Source: Mustelus asterias
Taxonomy: Eukaryota
Direction of reading: 5' to 3'
Length of the DNA: 64,000 bases
Assembly: GCF_964213995.1 (NCBI RefSeq)
Contig: NC_135808.1
Span: 7,316,001-7,380,000 of the forward strand
A model generated the notes under the pieces. The model saw only the letters and a list, made by a program, of their open reading frames with translations. It was not told the origin of the DNA and searched no databases. Positions 13,014-26,441 of the stretch are shown here, piece by piece (within the stretch, counting starts at the first letter, position 1; each line of letters begins with the position of its first letter). The position numbers were made by a program, and so were the translations under genes.

Positions 13014-14816
13014 GTAATTCATATATGTCTTATCGTGGCGAATAGTGATTGGGCATATTTAGGGATTGAAAGCAGCCTTGGCTGGAGATGCGAGGGTGCT
13101 ACTACACATCGATTGCACAATTTCACAAAGAAAAAGAGAGCTTGCATCGTTTTGGGCCGAATGGCCTGTGACCATGCCAGCGACATCTTCACGTGCAAAG
13201 CATTTCTGGAACTGATGAGCACCTTACAACTAATGAAATAGTTTCATAATAATGAAATAGAAGCTGAAGTAGGCCATTCGGCCCTCAGAACCCGCTCCGC
13301 CATTCATTTTGATCACGGCTGATCATCAAAATTAATATCCTCACCCCGCCCTCCCCCCCATATCCCTTGGTCCCTTTAGCCCCAAGAACTATATCTTGCA
13401 CAATGTACTGTGGGGAAGTCGACAAGGCAGGCTGTTAACTACAAGAATGTGATCATGATCAGATACTTTGGCCATGGGCTTTTGCTTCAGTAATCAATAT
13501 TGGCTGCGGGACTGAATGGGAGTGGGAGGTGAGTTTGATGGTGGGGGAGCGGTGGTGGTAACTCCTCTGCCCGTCGGCAATGATCGTTTACATTCATATT
13601 AAAAGATCCTGGAGCAAGAGGGTCATCCTAGACTTCAATTCACCTCACATCCCCAAATACGGCACCTCCGACACTGGAGCGCTCCTTCTGCAGTGTCAGA
13701 TTTTGTGTTGAAAGTTGTGGAGTGGGGCGTGAGCTCACAACCTTCTAATGCGGTTGGCATTGAGAAATTGTCGAGAGAGGGCAGTTGCTCATTGCTGAAT
13801 ATTACAGCAGCTGACGGCAGTGCTAACCTTGAGGACAACCTCCAAAATCAGCAACAATTAATGAGTTTACAACTATGCTCTATGCTTGGGCATAGGCTTA
13901 TGAGAGCACTATCGGTGCTACGGTTCACATGCATGAAGCTGAAGATGAAGAGGTGTAGGGAAGAAACAGGAATATTGAGATAGAAGGTCAGCCATGATCA
14001 TATTGAATTGTGGAATAGGCTCGAAGGGCCGAATGGCCTATTCCTGCTACTAGTTTATTTGTTTCCAGTTTGTAGCATGGCATGCACAGTAAAGCGCCAC
14101 AATGCCTTTCGAGCTAAGAAGTAGATTGTAACTGATTACTTTATGTTTAACATCAAGATGCACTTGCAATTATGTTTTATTTCCTTTATATATTTATATA
14201 CTTTCACGGGATGTGGCTGTCGCTGGTAAGGCCAGCATGTGGCCATCCTAATTGTCCTTGCGAAGGCGGTGGTGAACCACTGCAGTCCATTAACTTTCTG
14301 GCAGCGGTTTGGTACATCTGAATAGTGCAGCGAGCCATTTCAGGTGGCAGTTCAGAGTCAAACACATTGCTGTGGGTCTGGTGTCATCAAGACAACATGA
14401 ACTAAGAACGATTGCTAAGAGACATGATCAAACCAGATGAGTTTTTTTTACCACAATCGATGGTTTCACGGTTATCATTATTGAGACAAGCTTTCAATTT
14501 AATAGCCATTTATTAACTGAATTTAAATTTCACATTGACATGTGGACTCATATTCCCAGGCTAATAAACTCTGCCTGTGTATTACTTGACCAGTAAAATT
14601 TTCAGGACTCCAGTTCAAGTTAGCCGATAGCTCACGTTATGGTACACGCGCTTGCGCAGTGAAAGGTTAAGGATTCAAGTCCGACTGTAGAACTTTATTT
14701 TGGCTTCGTATCCTTATTGAGCGATTATTTGATTCACCGGAAAAAAACTGATCTATTCATTCTACTTGCCTTCTTCGCCGCATAAATGTAATATGTTTAT
14801 TTCAAACGTTTTGCAG

Positions 14817-14848
14817 AGCGAACACCAAGAACTCGAAATAAAGCACAG
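14817..14848 (+). CDS. Gene A exon 4: short cytoplasmic exon (ERTPRTRNKAQ)
   Basis: Acceptor ttttgcAG, donor CAG|GTAAGA, 32 nt. Phase 1 to 0 exactly bridges the TM exon and the last exon. Confidence 0.75.
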
Positions 14849-17800
14849 GTAAGAAAGATGTACCACATTAGAATTATAGAAGCATTTAGATTTTTAATAG
14901 ACTTTTGCTTTCGATTGAGGTCAGGGATGAAATCTCAGCATAGAATCATAGAATCCGTCAGTACAGAAGGAGGCTATTCGTCCCATCGAGTCTGCACCGA
15001 CCACAATCCCACCCACGCCGTATCCCCATAACCCCATGCATTTACCCTAGCTACTCCCCCTGACACTAAGGGGCAATTTAGCCTGGCAAATCCACCTAAC
15101 CCGCATATCTTTGGACTGTGGGAGGAAACCAGAGCACCCACAGGAAACCCGTGCAGACACGGGGAGAATTTGCAAACTCCACACAGGCAGTGACCCACGC
15201 CAGGAATCGAACCTTGGTCCCTGGCACTGTGAGGTAGCAGTGCTAACCATTGTGCCACTGTGCCGCCCATAGACGAAAGTATTGCATCAAAACCGTAGAT
15301 TATCAGCTCCATCACACAGTCATCTGACTTATAAGTCTACTTAACTTTAAGACAACATTGATTCTGAAAAATGCAGGATCCGCTCCATAATGCCCAGAAT
15401 GACGTCTCTTTCTTGCGTTAAGACCCAGGCAAGAATCTGCGAAGTATTTTATGAAGTTAGCCCCGAAAATAAATTTTACGTTTGATTTTGGCGTGGGGTG
15501 AGCATAAGATGTTTCAACCCAGGCATGATTCAAGTGACGCACTAGGAAGCTTTTGTCAAATAAAGTTTATTTAAGTACACAGTTAAAATATAACAAAAAT
15601 ATTTGGCATAAATTTTACCAATTATAATAGTTAAACACAGCACAATATGAACGTTTACAACTAGCTATCTATATTGATCCAAGTCAAACATCACCCCACA
15701 GACATACACATTTCTCTAGACTTGGCACAAAAACAGTGGACTTTAAGCTTTTTACACCGACTGTGAATTTGTCCTTCAAATGTGGGATTAAATCTCTGAG
15801 GCTTCCCAGTCCTGGAACTTTCAGCAAGCATCTGGGGAGAGACAGAGACAGAGACATTGCCTTCTTTCGAGCAGCAACTAAAACGAAACTGAAACTGCAC
15901 TTTTTTCTGAAACATATCTTTCCCTAATCACATTATATATATTGTCGATCAATCTCAAATCAAGCTCAGCAGTCCCCAAATGACCCACTAAACCACAGAA
16001 CTCTGCATTGGTCCAGATTAAAATTAGCATGATGTCTATTATTCTGCCTCAGCAGAAATAAAGGACACTGGTTGCAGACAACACGGTGCCAGTAAAATGC
16101 TACTAGGAACATGATTAAAATACATTTCTTAAAGGCACAGCATCATCACACTTGTGAGTATTATATTTAGCAAAATTAGCAAATGTATTCAATCGGTACT
16201 CACATATCCTTCTGATTGCTATTTGATACCATTATTTTAAACAAATTGATGACGATGGTAAAATTGCAGAACAAGAGGTGACATGAGCAGGAAAGAGATT
16301 GTTCTCAGATTTCAAGGGGACATAAACAGACTGGTGGACTGGGTGGACACAGGCAGATAGAATTCAATCCAGTGGAAGAGTGAGTTGGTGCTCTACGGTT
16401 AGAAATTTGAGCAGAGGCCTACAGCTAAATCGTTCAGTTTCAGAGGGTACGCGGTAAGGAGCAGGGCATGTCGAACTAAAATGAGGTGGAATTTCTTTCC
16501 TCAGACTGCGTTGCACTTTGCAATTCTCTACCCCAGAAGAATGTGGAGGCTCAGTCATTCAGTATGTGCACAGCAGAGGTGGTTAGAGTCTGTATATTGG
16601 AGAAAACGAAGGGCTGTGGGGATCGTGCGGGAAAATAGCACTGAGGTAGATCAGCCATGACCTAATTGAATGTCGCATCAGGCTCGAGGGGACGAATGGC
16701 CTATTCCTGCTCCTATTTCACAAGAACATATATTAAAGGTGTTTGACTGGAGTGTAAAATGTTGAAAGGGCAGTTGTTACGGCATACACAATATTGAGTA
16801 TTGTCAATAGATACGTTGAATACAGGGAGTTAAATTGAAGTGGTGTAACACACAGCATACAGAGTAGGACGAAGCAAAAAAGAAGGCTAATTTCAGATGT
16901 CAATAAACCAGTACTGCACAAATCAAACAGGAGCATGGAAAGTGCAAGGGTGAGATTAAGTATAAATAATGAGAATTGCAGGTTTATGTGTATAAGCAGT
17001 TAAAGTTGAGAGGAAACTGACAAGGCAATCGGACTTTGGCCTTCTTGTATCGCTGCGTTGAATACGAGAGCAGGGAAGTCAAGCTTTATAGCACTCTGAT
17101 TATGCTAGAGTATGGTGGCACAGTGGCTACCACTGCTGCCTCACAGCACCAGGTTCGATTTCCGGCTTGGGTCACTATCTGTGCAGAGTTTGCATATTCT
17201 CCCCATGTCTGCATGGGTTTCTTTCCACAGTCCGAAAGACGTGCTGGTTAGGTGCATTGGTCATGCATAATTCTCCCTCAGTGTACCCGAACAGGCGCAG
17301 GAGTGTGGCGACTAGAGGATTCTCACAGTAACTTCATTTCAGTGTTATTGTAAGCCTACTTGTGACACTAATAAATAATAATTGTGTCCAATTTTGGTCA
17401 CCATAGTTCACAAGAACGGAAATGATATTTGGAAATGCAGAAAGGAGATTTACCGGAATGGTTCCAGGGTTGAAAGGTTTTAGTTACAAGGTTAGATTGG
17501 AGAATTTGGGGTTGTTCTCCTTGGAGCCATGGTGATTGAAGAGGGCTATTTGATGGAGGTGCACACGAGTTGCCAGATTTAGATAAGGAGGAAAATAAAG
17601 GCTGTTCCTGTCAACTGAAGTTGCAGGGAATATGTAAGTTCTTGAGCAGGAAAGGGGGAGGGGATATGAGGCAGAACTTCCTAATGCAGCGAGTGACGAT
17701 GACCTGGAACTCACAGCCTCTAAGGGAGATGGAGGGAAGTGAAAGCAAAGCTGATAAAGGATTTCAAAAGGAAATGGGATAGGAATATGAAGGGAATAAA

Positions 17801-17993
17801 CCTACAAGGCTTAAGTGGGCGAATGGGAATGGTTGGATGCCACTACAGAGAGTAGGCATGGACTCATAGAAATCATAGAAATCATAGAAACCCTATGGTT
17901 GGATGCCACTACAGAGAGTAGGCATGGACTCGATGGGCCTAATGGCTGTCTCCTTACGGTATTGACTCCGTAGTTCTATGATTATGCTTAAGA

Positions 17994-18152
17994 ATACTTA
18001 CCTGACGGGGTGAAACTATGATCAAGCAGGTGGTTCGCCCAGGACGAGTTAGCCCATTGCACTTCGGGTGTGCTGACGCCTGTGATGTCCCCAAATGCGG
18101 GATACCCGACTGCAAAATTTCTGGTAGTAGGGGACTGCGTTTGCACACTCTT
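17994..18152 (+). pseudogene. RNU1: U1 snRNA copy (probable retro-pseudogene), intronic in gene A
   Basis: Begins ATACTTACCTG. Retains a GATCA..G loop I, ATTGCAC loop II, CCCCAAATGCGGG stem III, an Sm-like AATTTCTGG and GGGGACTGCGTT, with scattered substitutions. Upstream is a LINE tail rather than an obvious snRNA promoter. Confidence 0.9.
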
Positions 18153-19799
18153 GGGGTGGCACGGTGGCACAGTGGTTAGCACTGCTGCCTCACAGCTTCA
18201 GGGGCCTGGGTTCAATTCCTGGCTTGGGTCACTGAAGGTGTGCAATCTGCACATTCCCCCTGTGTCTGCGTGAGTTTCCTCTGTGTGCTCTGGTTTCCTC
18301 CCACACTCCAAAGATGTGCAGGCCAGGTTGATTGGCCATGCTAAATTGACTCTTAGTGTCACGGGATGCCAAGGTTAGAGAGATTAGTGGGATAACTGTG
18401 TGGGGTGATGGGGATAGGACCTGGGTGGGATTGTTGTCGATACAGACTCGATGGGCCGAGTGGCCTCCTTCTGCACTGTCGGGATTCTATGATTTCTATG
18501 AACCTTAGGTAAACAACGATCCGGCAAAACATTGGCAAGTAGAATCTGGGAAAATCCCAATATGTTTTATCTATTCATAAAGAACAAATGGACAACGAAG
18601 TAAAGAGCAAGGCCAATTAGAGATCAAAAAGTTAAAATGCATCTGGAAGGACGTGACACGGACAAGCCTCTAAATGGATACTTTCCATTTGTTTTCCTCA
18701 GAGGAACAGAGCAGAAAAAGTAATTAGGGAGACAGAGCTAAAATATTTGATAAGATAAACGTAGTAAGGGAGAAAATAGTAAGCTGTTTACAGTCCTTGT
18801 AAGTGGATAAGTCTCCAGACCCAGGTGAGATGTATACCTGGGTTCTAACGGGTGCCAGGAACAAATATCAGCTCTAACATTCATTTTCCAACCTTCAATC
18901 GCTGCAGAAGCGATGCTGCAGGACAGGAGCACTGGTAGCATGTCCTTCTGTTTCGAAAGAGCAAACCCTATTTCAAGAAAACTAACCCTAAGTTCGCTGG
19001 CTAACAGATTACTCGAAAAAATTCTGAGAGGTTATATATGGCCTCATTTAAGAGAGGTTGGGATCAATAAAGAACTGTCAAAAGTTTCTATGCACTTTTA
19101 ACAATACTTGTAACCAATAGAAATCCGTTCACGGCCAACTAACTGATGGACTAAAAAATCCAAAATATTCTCGATCTCTCTCACTGCCATTTTTTTAATT
19201 CACTCGTGAGACATGAGCATCGCTTGCCAGCCAACATTTATTGCCCATCCCTTGCTCCCCTTGAGAAGGTGGTGGTGAGCTGCCTTCTTGAACAACTGGG
19301 TGGCTTGCTGAGGGCAGCTGAGAGTGAACCACACTACTGTGGCTCTGCAGTCACATGTAGACCAGACCGGGTAAGGATGGCAGATTTCCTTCCATAAAAG
19401 ACATGAGTGAACCAGATAGCTTTTTCGGACAATTGACAATGCTTTCATGGTCATCTGTAGATTCTTAATTCCATAATTATTTTTATTGAATTCAAATTCC
19501 ACCATCTGCGATGACAAAGTTTGTACCATAGTCTACAGAACATTAGCTGTATTTTTGGATTAATAGTCCGAGGATAATACCACTGTCTGCCTCGTTAGAA
19601 TAGCAATAAAACTAACCGTTTTAACTGCAAGTTGCAAACTTGAAGGAACTTCCCTTCAATATTCATTACTGAGATTTCAAGCTATTTCTGAATTCCTGTT
19701 CTGCCATACACAGGAGAACAGTGGATGCAAAAGACATCTGTTATAAAGCAGAAGTTTAGCCCCCATCTGAGAATTTAACACCTAACCACTCGAAGTCGG

Positions 19800-21200
19800 T
19801 GTGAAGTGGTGTGACCTGCTCTTCAGCAACCTTTAGTGGTTAAGTCAAAATAACTCCCTGACACTCTCTCTAAAGTCAACAGGTAACAATTTATTATCCA
19901 AATAACAGTGAACAAATTAGCTAAATAATTAACAAACCGAATAAAACACGACGCTAATGGAATATTGTTCCATCAAATACAATTCCCAATCATTAACAAA
20001 AAATAGAATTTTAGTCACTCTCTAAATTACAACCAGCTTTTGTGTCTTTTGGAAAATTCTGGGCCTTCTCTGTCTATTCTTCTTTCTTCTTTGGTACTTT
20101 TACTATCGAGATGAGGCGTTGAGCTAAGAGCTATGAGCTGTAGCAGGCGGCAGTTGATCTCTGCCTTTTGTCCCGCTGCTCTCTTCTTTTATACCTGTGA
20201 TGACATATCAATATCCCTCACAATGGAATTGGTCCTAAGTTGCCAAAATCATCAGATTTAAATTTAATAGGTTGCTGGCATCTAATTGCCTAATTCAAAT
20301 TGATTGGCTGGGTTCAAAAAGATTCAAACGCCTGAAAGTCTGTTGCCTTGGTAACCCTGTTGTTTGGCCTTTCGATACAGTAAATGGCAGAACCCTTAAG
20401 AGTATTGATAGGCAAAGGGATCTGGGTGTACTGGTACACAGGTCACTGAAAGTGGCAATGCAGGTGGAGAAGGTAGTCAAGAAGGCATACGGCATGCTTG
20501 CCTTCATCAGCTGGGGTATTGAATTTAAAAATTGGTAAGTCATGTTGCAGCTTTATAGAAACTTAGTTAGGCCGCACTTGGAATATAGTGTTCAATTCTG
20601 GTCGCCACTCTACCAGAAGGATGTGGAGGCTTTGGAGAGGGTGCAGAAAAGATTTATCAGGATGTTACCTGTTATGGAGGGCATTAGCTATGAAGAGAGG
20701 TTGGAGAAACTTGGTTTGTTCTCACTGGAGTGGTGGAGGTTGAGGGGAGACCTGATAGAAGTCTACAAGATTATGAGAGGCATGGACAGAGTGGATAATC
20801 AGAAGTTTTTTCCCAGGGTGGAAGAGTCAATTACTAGGGCGCATAGGTTTAAGGTGCGAGGGGCCAGGTTTAAAGGAGATGTACGAGGCAGATTGTTTAC
20901 ACAGAGAGTAGTGGGTGCCTGGAACTCGTTGCCGGGGGAGGTAGTGGAAGCGGATACGGTAGTCACTTTTAAGGGGCGTCTTGACATGTACATGAATAGG
21001 ATGGGAATAGAGGGATATGGTCCCCAGAAGGGTAGGGGGTTTTAATTAAGTCAAGCAGCATGGTCGGTGCAGGCTTGGAGGGTCGAAGGGCCTGTTCCTG
21101 CGCTGTAATTTTCTTTGTTCTTTTTCTTTGATACAAATGTTTCATTTTTTGCCACTCTATCTGCTTGCACTTCTAACCTCTGAGCACAACTTCTCAACAC
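19800..21200 (-). mobile_element. Possible solo-LTR-like element split by the CR1 at 20377-21130
   Basis: TG..CA ends, and TATAAAA and AATAAA on the minus strand. No TSD confirmed. Confidence 0.3.
20377..21130 (+). mobile_element. CR1 3' fragment (same subfamily as 59665-60412)
   Basis: RT C-terminal ORF 20542-21045 (RPHLEY..FWSP), CR1 tail, GATACA duplicated at both flanks. Confidence 0.9.
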
Positions 21201-21304
21201 ATCTTCCTGCGGTTTTACATTAGGTCAGGAATGGCACTATTATGCTGAGCAACTGCAGCGTTAACATCTCCGTTTCTTTCTTTTTAAATTTTGTTTCATT
21301 TGAG

Positions 21305-21553
21305 GGAGACACGTCAAACAATGTTGTTTATGCTGACCTGCGCATCGCCAAACCCAAAACACAGAGACCGGGGAACCGCACGAACAATCATGTCGCGGGA
21401 TCCCCGCCTCACCGAGGCGAAGACAATGTTGTGTACGCGGCAGTGGGGCCAGGTCTTGATAAAAAGAACAAGAATCGGGCGCCAGTGAGATCTCGAAACC
21501 AGATGGAAGAACCGGTAGTGTACGGAATGGTTCGGCCTCCAGTAGGCCAATGA
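21305..21553 (+). CDS. Gene A exon 5: cytoplasmic tail with three ITIMs (VVYADL, VVYAAV, VVYGMV)
   Basis: Long polypyrimidine tract then tttgAG (21303-21304), phase 0, stop TGA 21551-21553. Three V-x-Y-x-x-L/V motifs with Tyr codons at 21329, 21434 and 21521. Confidence 0.85.
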   Translation, partial: GDTSNNVVYADLRIAKPKTQRPGNRTNNHVAGSPPHRGEDNVVYAAVGPGLDKKNKNRAPVRSRNQMEEPVVYGMVRPPVGQ

Positions 21554-23100
21554 TGTCTCAGGCATGGGATCGACAGAGAAAGGGCTGAAAATTAGTACAT
21601 CAATAGTGAGTTCAGGGTTGAGATTTCAATGAACATGATCTTTGGTACAAAATGTAGGGTGCAGTAGACCGTTCCTGTAAATTAAAGAGAGCCGCATTTT
21701 TGCAATATATTGCGGTTATTTTTATCCTCAAAAGTTCATGAACACGCGATTTATTTTTATTCTTTTACTTTTTATTTTGATTTTGATCATTGTAACCTGC
21801 TACGAATTATGATAGCTTGCCTTTTTTTGTACGGTCTTCACTATTTGACACCTGTCATCGTAATCATTTTCCAATGAAGGAATCCTTTAACTATCGTAAG
21901 TTTTCCTGGAGATATTGAGGAATAGATTTTCTCCAGATACGTTGCTCTCGCGGGTAAGAAGGTGGTTGAGTATGTCCGTGATTCGTTTAGGGTTCGTGAT
22001 GTTGGCTTAGCTATTTTCCTTTAAACGAAGTCTTTTCTCTAAATAATATTCGCGGATTTGTATGGTTGGCTGATAAGGCTGATAATGTTATTCTCTCATC
22101 TATTGCTGTGAAGAATTAAAATGTTGCAAAAGGAGCCGGGAGGCCAATAATTTTCATGTTTATTCATACGCAAACGCACAGCCAAGTTCGATAGACAACC
22201 ACTCGGTGTGGGAGGCATGGTGGTCTAGTGGCTGCACGGCTGTCTCACAGCGCCAGAGACGCAGGTTCGATACCAGCCTCGGGTGTGCGGAGTTTGCAGG
22301 TTCTCTTCGTGTCTGCGTGCGTTTCCCCCGGGTGCCCCGGTTTCCTCCCACAGTTCAAAAGATGTGCTGGTTCGGTGCATTGGATGTGCTAAATTCTCCC
22401 TCAGTATACCCGAGTGTAGCGACTGGGGAATTTTCACAATAACTTCATTGCAGTATTAATGTAAGTCTGCTTGTGACACTACTAAGTAAACATTAATAAA
22501 TTATTGCAGACAGCTATACGTTGCTGTCCCTGTTGCCTCGACATTCCACCCACCCCACTACTACAGAAATCCTCCAAAAACAATCTCCACCCGCCTGGCT
22601 TACCACACAAACATATTGTGAGGTTGAACAGTTTGAAGGCTCTGTACTTACCTCACAGGTATATCTTGACAACAAAACTGAATGACTCATAAATTGTCAT
22701 TTTGATGTGCCGGGCTGGAGCTTTAGGTACACAATCGAATCCTTCTGCTCTCTGTATGGAGCTGAGCTTGGGGATTGGCGGGTAGGTAGAGACCTCCACC
22801 TCCTCCACCCCCTACCATCCCCATCCCCGTGAATGGAGTTTCCTTCTTTCACTGAAACAGCCTCATGACTGCGACGTGGATCTGGCAAAGTGTGTAGAGA
22901 CAACCCTGCTATGGTTTGTTTGAAGGAAAATTTAATATTTATTGAATGCAAGTTCATTCCCTGCTAGACGTTTCTCTGCTGGTGAAGCATTTTCTCAAAA
23001 TTGATTCAAACTGCTTCAAGGCCAGGTAGATCACCTCAGCCTGCGATCTCTGGGCGAGCAGGTTTTGGTGGAGATTCCTTCGTTGTCTTTGCTTCGCATG

Positions 23101-23390
23101 GGGCGGCGCGGTGGCACAGTTAGCACTGCTGCCTGCCAGCGGCAGGGATCCAGGTTCGATTCCCGGCTTGGGTTACTCTCTGTGCGGACTCTGCACGTTC
23201 TCCCCATGTCTGTGTGGGTTTCCCCCGGGTGCACTGGCTTCCTCCCACAGTCCGAAAGACGTGCTGGTTGGGTGCATTAGCCATGCTAAATTCTCCCTCA
23301 GTATACCTGAACAGCCGTCGGGGTGTGGTGCCTAGGGGACTTTCACAGCAACTTCATTGCAGTGTTAATGTAAACCAAATAATAAATTAA
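23101..23390 (+). mobile_element. SINE with the HE1-type head but a different tail (..AACTTCATTGCAGTGTTAATGTAA..AATAAA) (representative)
   Basis: Further copies at about 3141-3422-, 17113-17380+, 22210-22500+, 27880-28167-, 41135-41400+, 52805-52960+. Confidence 0.8.
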
Positions 23391-24228
23391 CTTTTACTTC
23401 GATCAGATAGTTCTTTCGATATTCTTTCTTCCCTCTCTTTATACATTAAGTCCAAGATCTATTCTCGTTTCGTTGCCTTCTCCAATCACCTCCTCTTTTC
23501 ATCTGCCTAAGCTTCGAGTGAGCGTCAATCAGGAGTTGTTTAGGTTTGACATCTTCCTATCTCGGTTAACAATAACAACATGGAAGGTGCCCTGAGGGGT
23601 TGGAGCACCATCAGCCGCTGTCGGATTTCCCAGACAACCGATGGGACTCGAGCGGCGGCTGCAGGGATAGTGAACTATAGAACTTTTTAGCTTAGACCAC
23701 AGGATTGACCTAGAAGCCGGCGAACACCGTGTAGGCAGATCAGGGATCGGCCTCTGAGGGGATCGCTCCTCCTGAGCCATTGCCGTGGCCCCAAGGAGAT
23801 GAAATTTCGAGTGGATTAGATGCCCAAATTTTGATTGAATTATTGCCCAGGACTTGCAACAAGGATCATATTGCGCACCTGAAGCAAAACTATCTGTACA
23901 TGTCTGGTTGTATAACTCATTTTTATGCCGAAGAAAAATACATGTGTTACAATACAAGCGTTTTTGATTTCTTTAACAAGGGAAAGAAACTTCAAAAGCA
24001 AAAGCGTATAAACGCTCTCCTTAAGTTGCACTCACATCACCAAGGGAGCTTTATATTTGAAAATAGTTGAGAACTCTCCCCTCTATTTCCTGCATTTTTT
24101 AATATTCGTTCGTTTATAGGACATGGGCGTCGCCGGCTGGGCCAGCATTTATTGCCCATCACTGAGGGCATTTAAGTGTCAACTACATTGTTGTGGGCTG
24201 GAGTCATATGTAGGCCAGACCAGGTAAG

Positions 24229-24312
24229 CCACTCACCTGATGAAGGAGCAGCGCTCTGTAAGCTCATGGTACCAAATAAACCTGTTGGACTTTGTTGTGA
24301 AACTTTTTACTG
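24229..24312 (+). mobile_element. 84-bp Penelope pLTR fragment inserted in a SINE
   Basis: TSD AGACCAGGTAAG at 24217-24228 and 24313-24324. Contains CTGATGAAGGAGCAGCGCTC and CCAAATAAACCTGTTGGACTTT. Confidence 0.75.
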
Positions 24313-26441
24313 AGACCAGGTAAGGACGGCAGATTTCCTTCCCCAAAAGACATTAGTGTACCAGATGGGTTTTTCCAACAATAAACAATGATCTCATGGT
24401 CATCATTGGACTTTGAATTCCAGAGTTTTATTCAATTCAAATTTCACCATCTGTCGTGGTGGGATTCGAACCCGGGTCCTCAGAGAATTGCCCTGGGTCT
24501 CTAGATTACTAATCCAGCGGCAATGCCACAGTGCCATTGTAATCGCAAAGGGGAGCAAGTATCCAAAGGCAAAAACAAATGTCAATGAGTTAGACACCTG
24601 CAAGGCAAATCAGACACGGAAGAATGAAATTTCTTTTGTTGTTAAAACATCACCACGGGCAACTAAAATCGGGTAGTTAAAACTAACAGTTTATCACCAC
24701 AACACACTGACAGGTTAAGTAAAACAACGTTAACTTATTAAGCTGCGAAGTATCCTTTAGGGTAATGAGCCCATGTTGTTGCAGGAAGCAGTTATTGGAT
24801 AAGCAAGTAGGCATAGCTGGGCTAAATAAATTTCTAGTGGAATGTGGAAAGCAGTCGGCAAGTGATGACCCAGATATAGGGAAGGAAATGGTCTGATTTC
24901 TACTCAGACATCAACAATACTGATCATTCTTACTTTAGATAGATGACTATCAAGTAAAACTCCATCAATGAATCTGCACGCACTTTCTTGACTAAAACCT
25001 ACAAAGAGTGAAATAATCATAAATTGTCACTTACCGCTCCATGTCTGCTATGCTTAGAAACATACTATAAAACATCCCCCAATAGTTAATTTAGAGGGAG
25101 TTCCGTAGCCAGGGAAAACGTGCGAACAATAACGCTCAACCAAGTCAAACCGAATGCATTAGCAAGCGAATCTTGCAGTCTTAATGAGGAATAATCATCA
25201 ATTCGCTCTATTCAGAAAAGTAGTTTGATGTGGGAAATAAAGAGCTGGGAAGACTAGTGTAAAAGGAGCTAGAGGTTCGCATTGGACAATAAGCATGGAA
25301 ATCGTTCAGTGGTTGAAGCAATATGGTGATTTTTGACCCCACCGTCCTCCATGCCATACATAATGCATTTGGGTCATAGAGCCCGAAAGTGCAGAAGGGG
25401 GCCATTCGGTCCATCGAATCTGCACCAGCCAGAATACCACCCAGGCCCTATCCGCTCAACCCCATGCATTTAGCCTAGCTAGTCCCCCTGACGTATGGCC
25501 AATCCATGTAGTACGCACATCTTTGGAATATGGGAGGAAACCGGAGCACCCGGAGGAAACCCACGCAAACACGGGGAGGATGTGCAAACTCCACACAGTA
25601 ACCCGAGGCCGGGAAACGAACCCGGGTCCCTGGCGTTGTGAGGCAGCAGTGCTAACCATTGTGCCACTCTGCCATCAAGCGTTGCAATTAATCTGAAACT
25701 CCAATAGTGTATGGCAATATGGAGAAACAAACAGAAAGTAAGATTAATGCTATCTCTTTTTGGGAAATTGCCAAGGTGAGATTAAATGTGACTTTTGAGG
25801 TAAGTGGTTTATTATTTTGCAGCAAATCAAATAACCAAATAAACGAAACCAAATAAACTGAGGGACAAATTAAAGTGAATGTCCCTTAAAGGGATACTAC
25901 ATTAAACAAACATTAAATCATAAATGAAAGCTAAAGTAACATGATTAAGAGGGTTGGCAATGCAGCCCAGACCTCTCGGTTCCCATGGAGCATGTCAGGC
26001 CATGATGGTGCCAATTGCTCCGCTTGCTCCCTCTCCAGTGACACCCATGTAATTGGCAATGAGCATGTAATCCTCCTTAGTGAAAGGACAAGATGCTTTG
26101 ATGAGGCAGATGAAATTGTCAGACTTAACTGCTTCGGGATAGGGGTTAAGCATTACAGAACTGAAAATGGAAATTCTACTATAATCAACCTAAAAGGTTT
26201 CTGCTCGTGTAATGTCCGTTGTTGATATTGGGGAGCTGAAATTTTAACGCTTCCGTTCCCTAGAAATTAACTTTGACCTTGAAAACAGGATGTAATACAG
26301 TCAGCAAAGGCAGCTAAAAGACCATTAGCGAAGAACAGCAAGGCCCACTTTATTTAAACAGTGTCCTACCTGCCAGAACTGAAACTTCTTCCTCTGTAAA
26401 TCCACCTCCATATTGGAGTGCAGCCTAAACCTAACAAATAC

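Noticed and set aside
15500-16152. Possible solo LTR ending ..CATCATCACA
   Set aside because: The 5' boundary and TSD could not be established.
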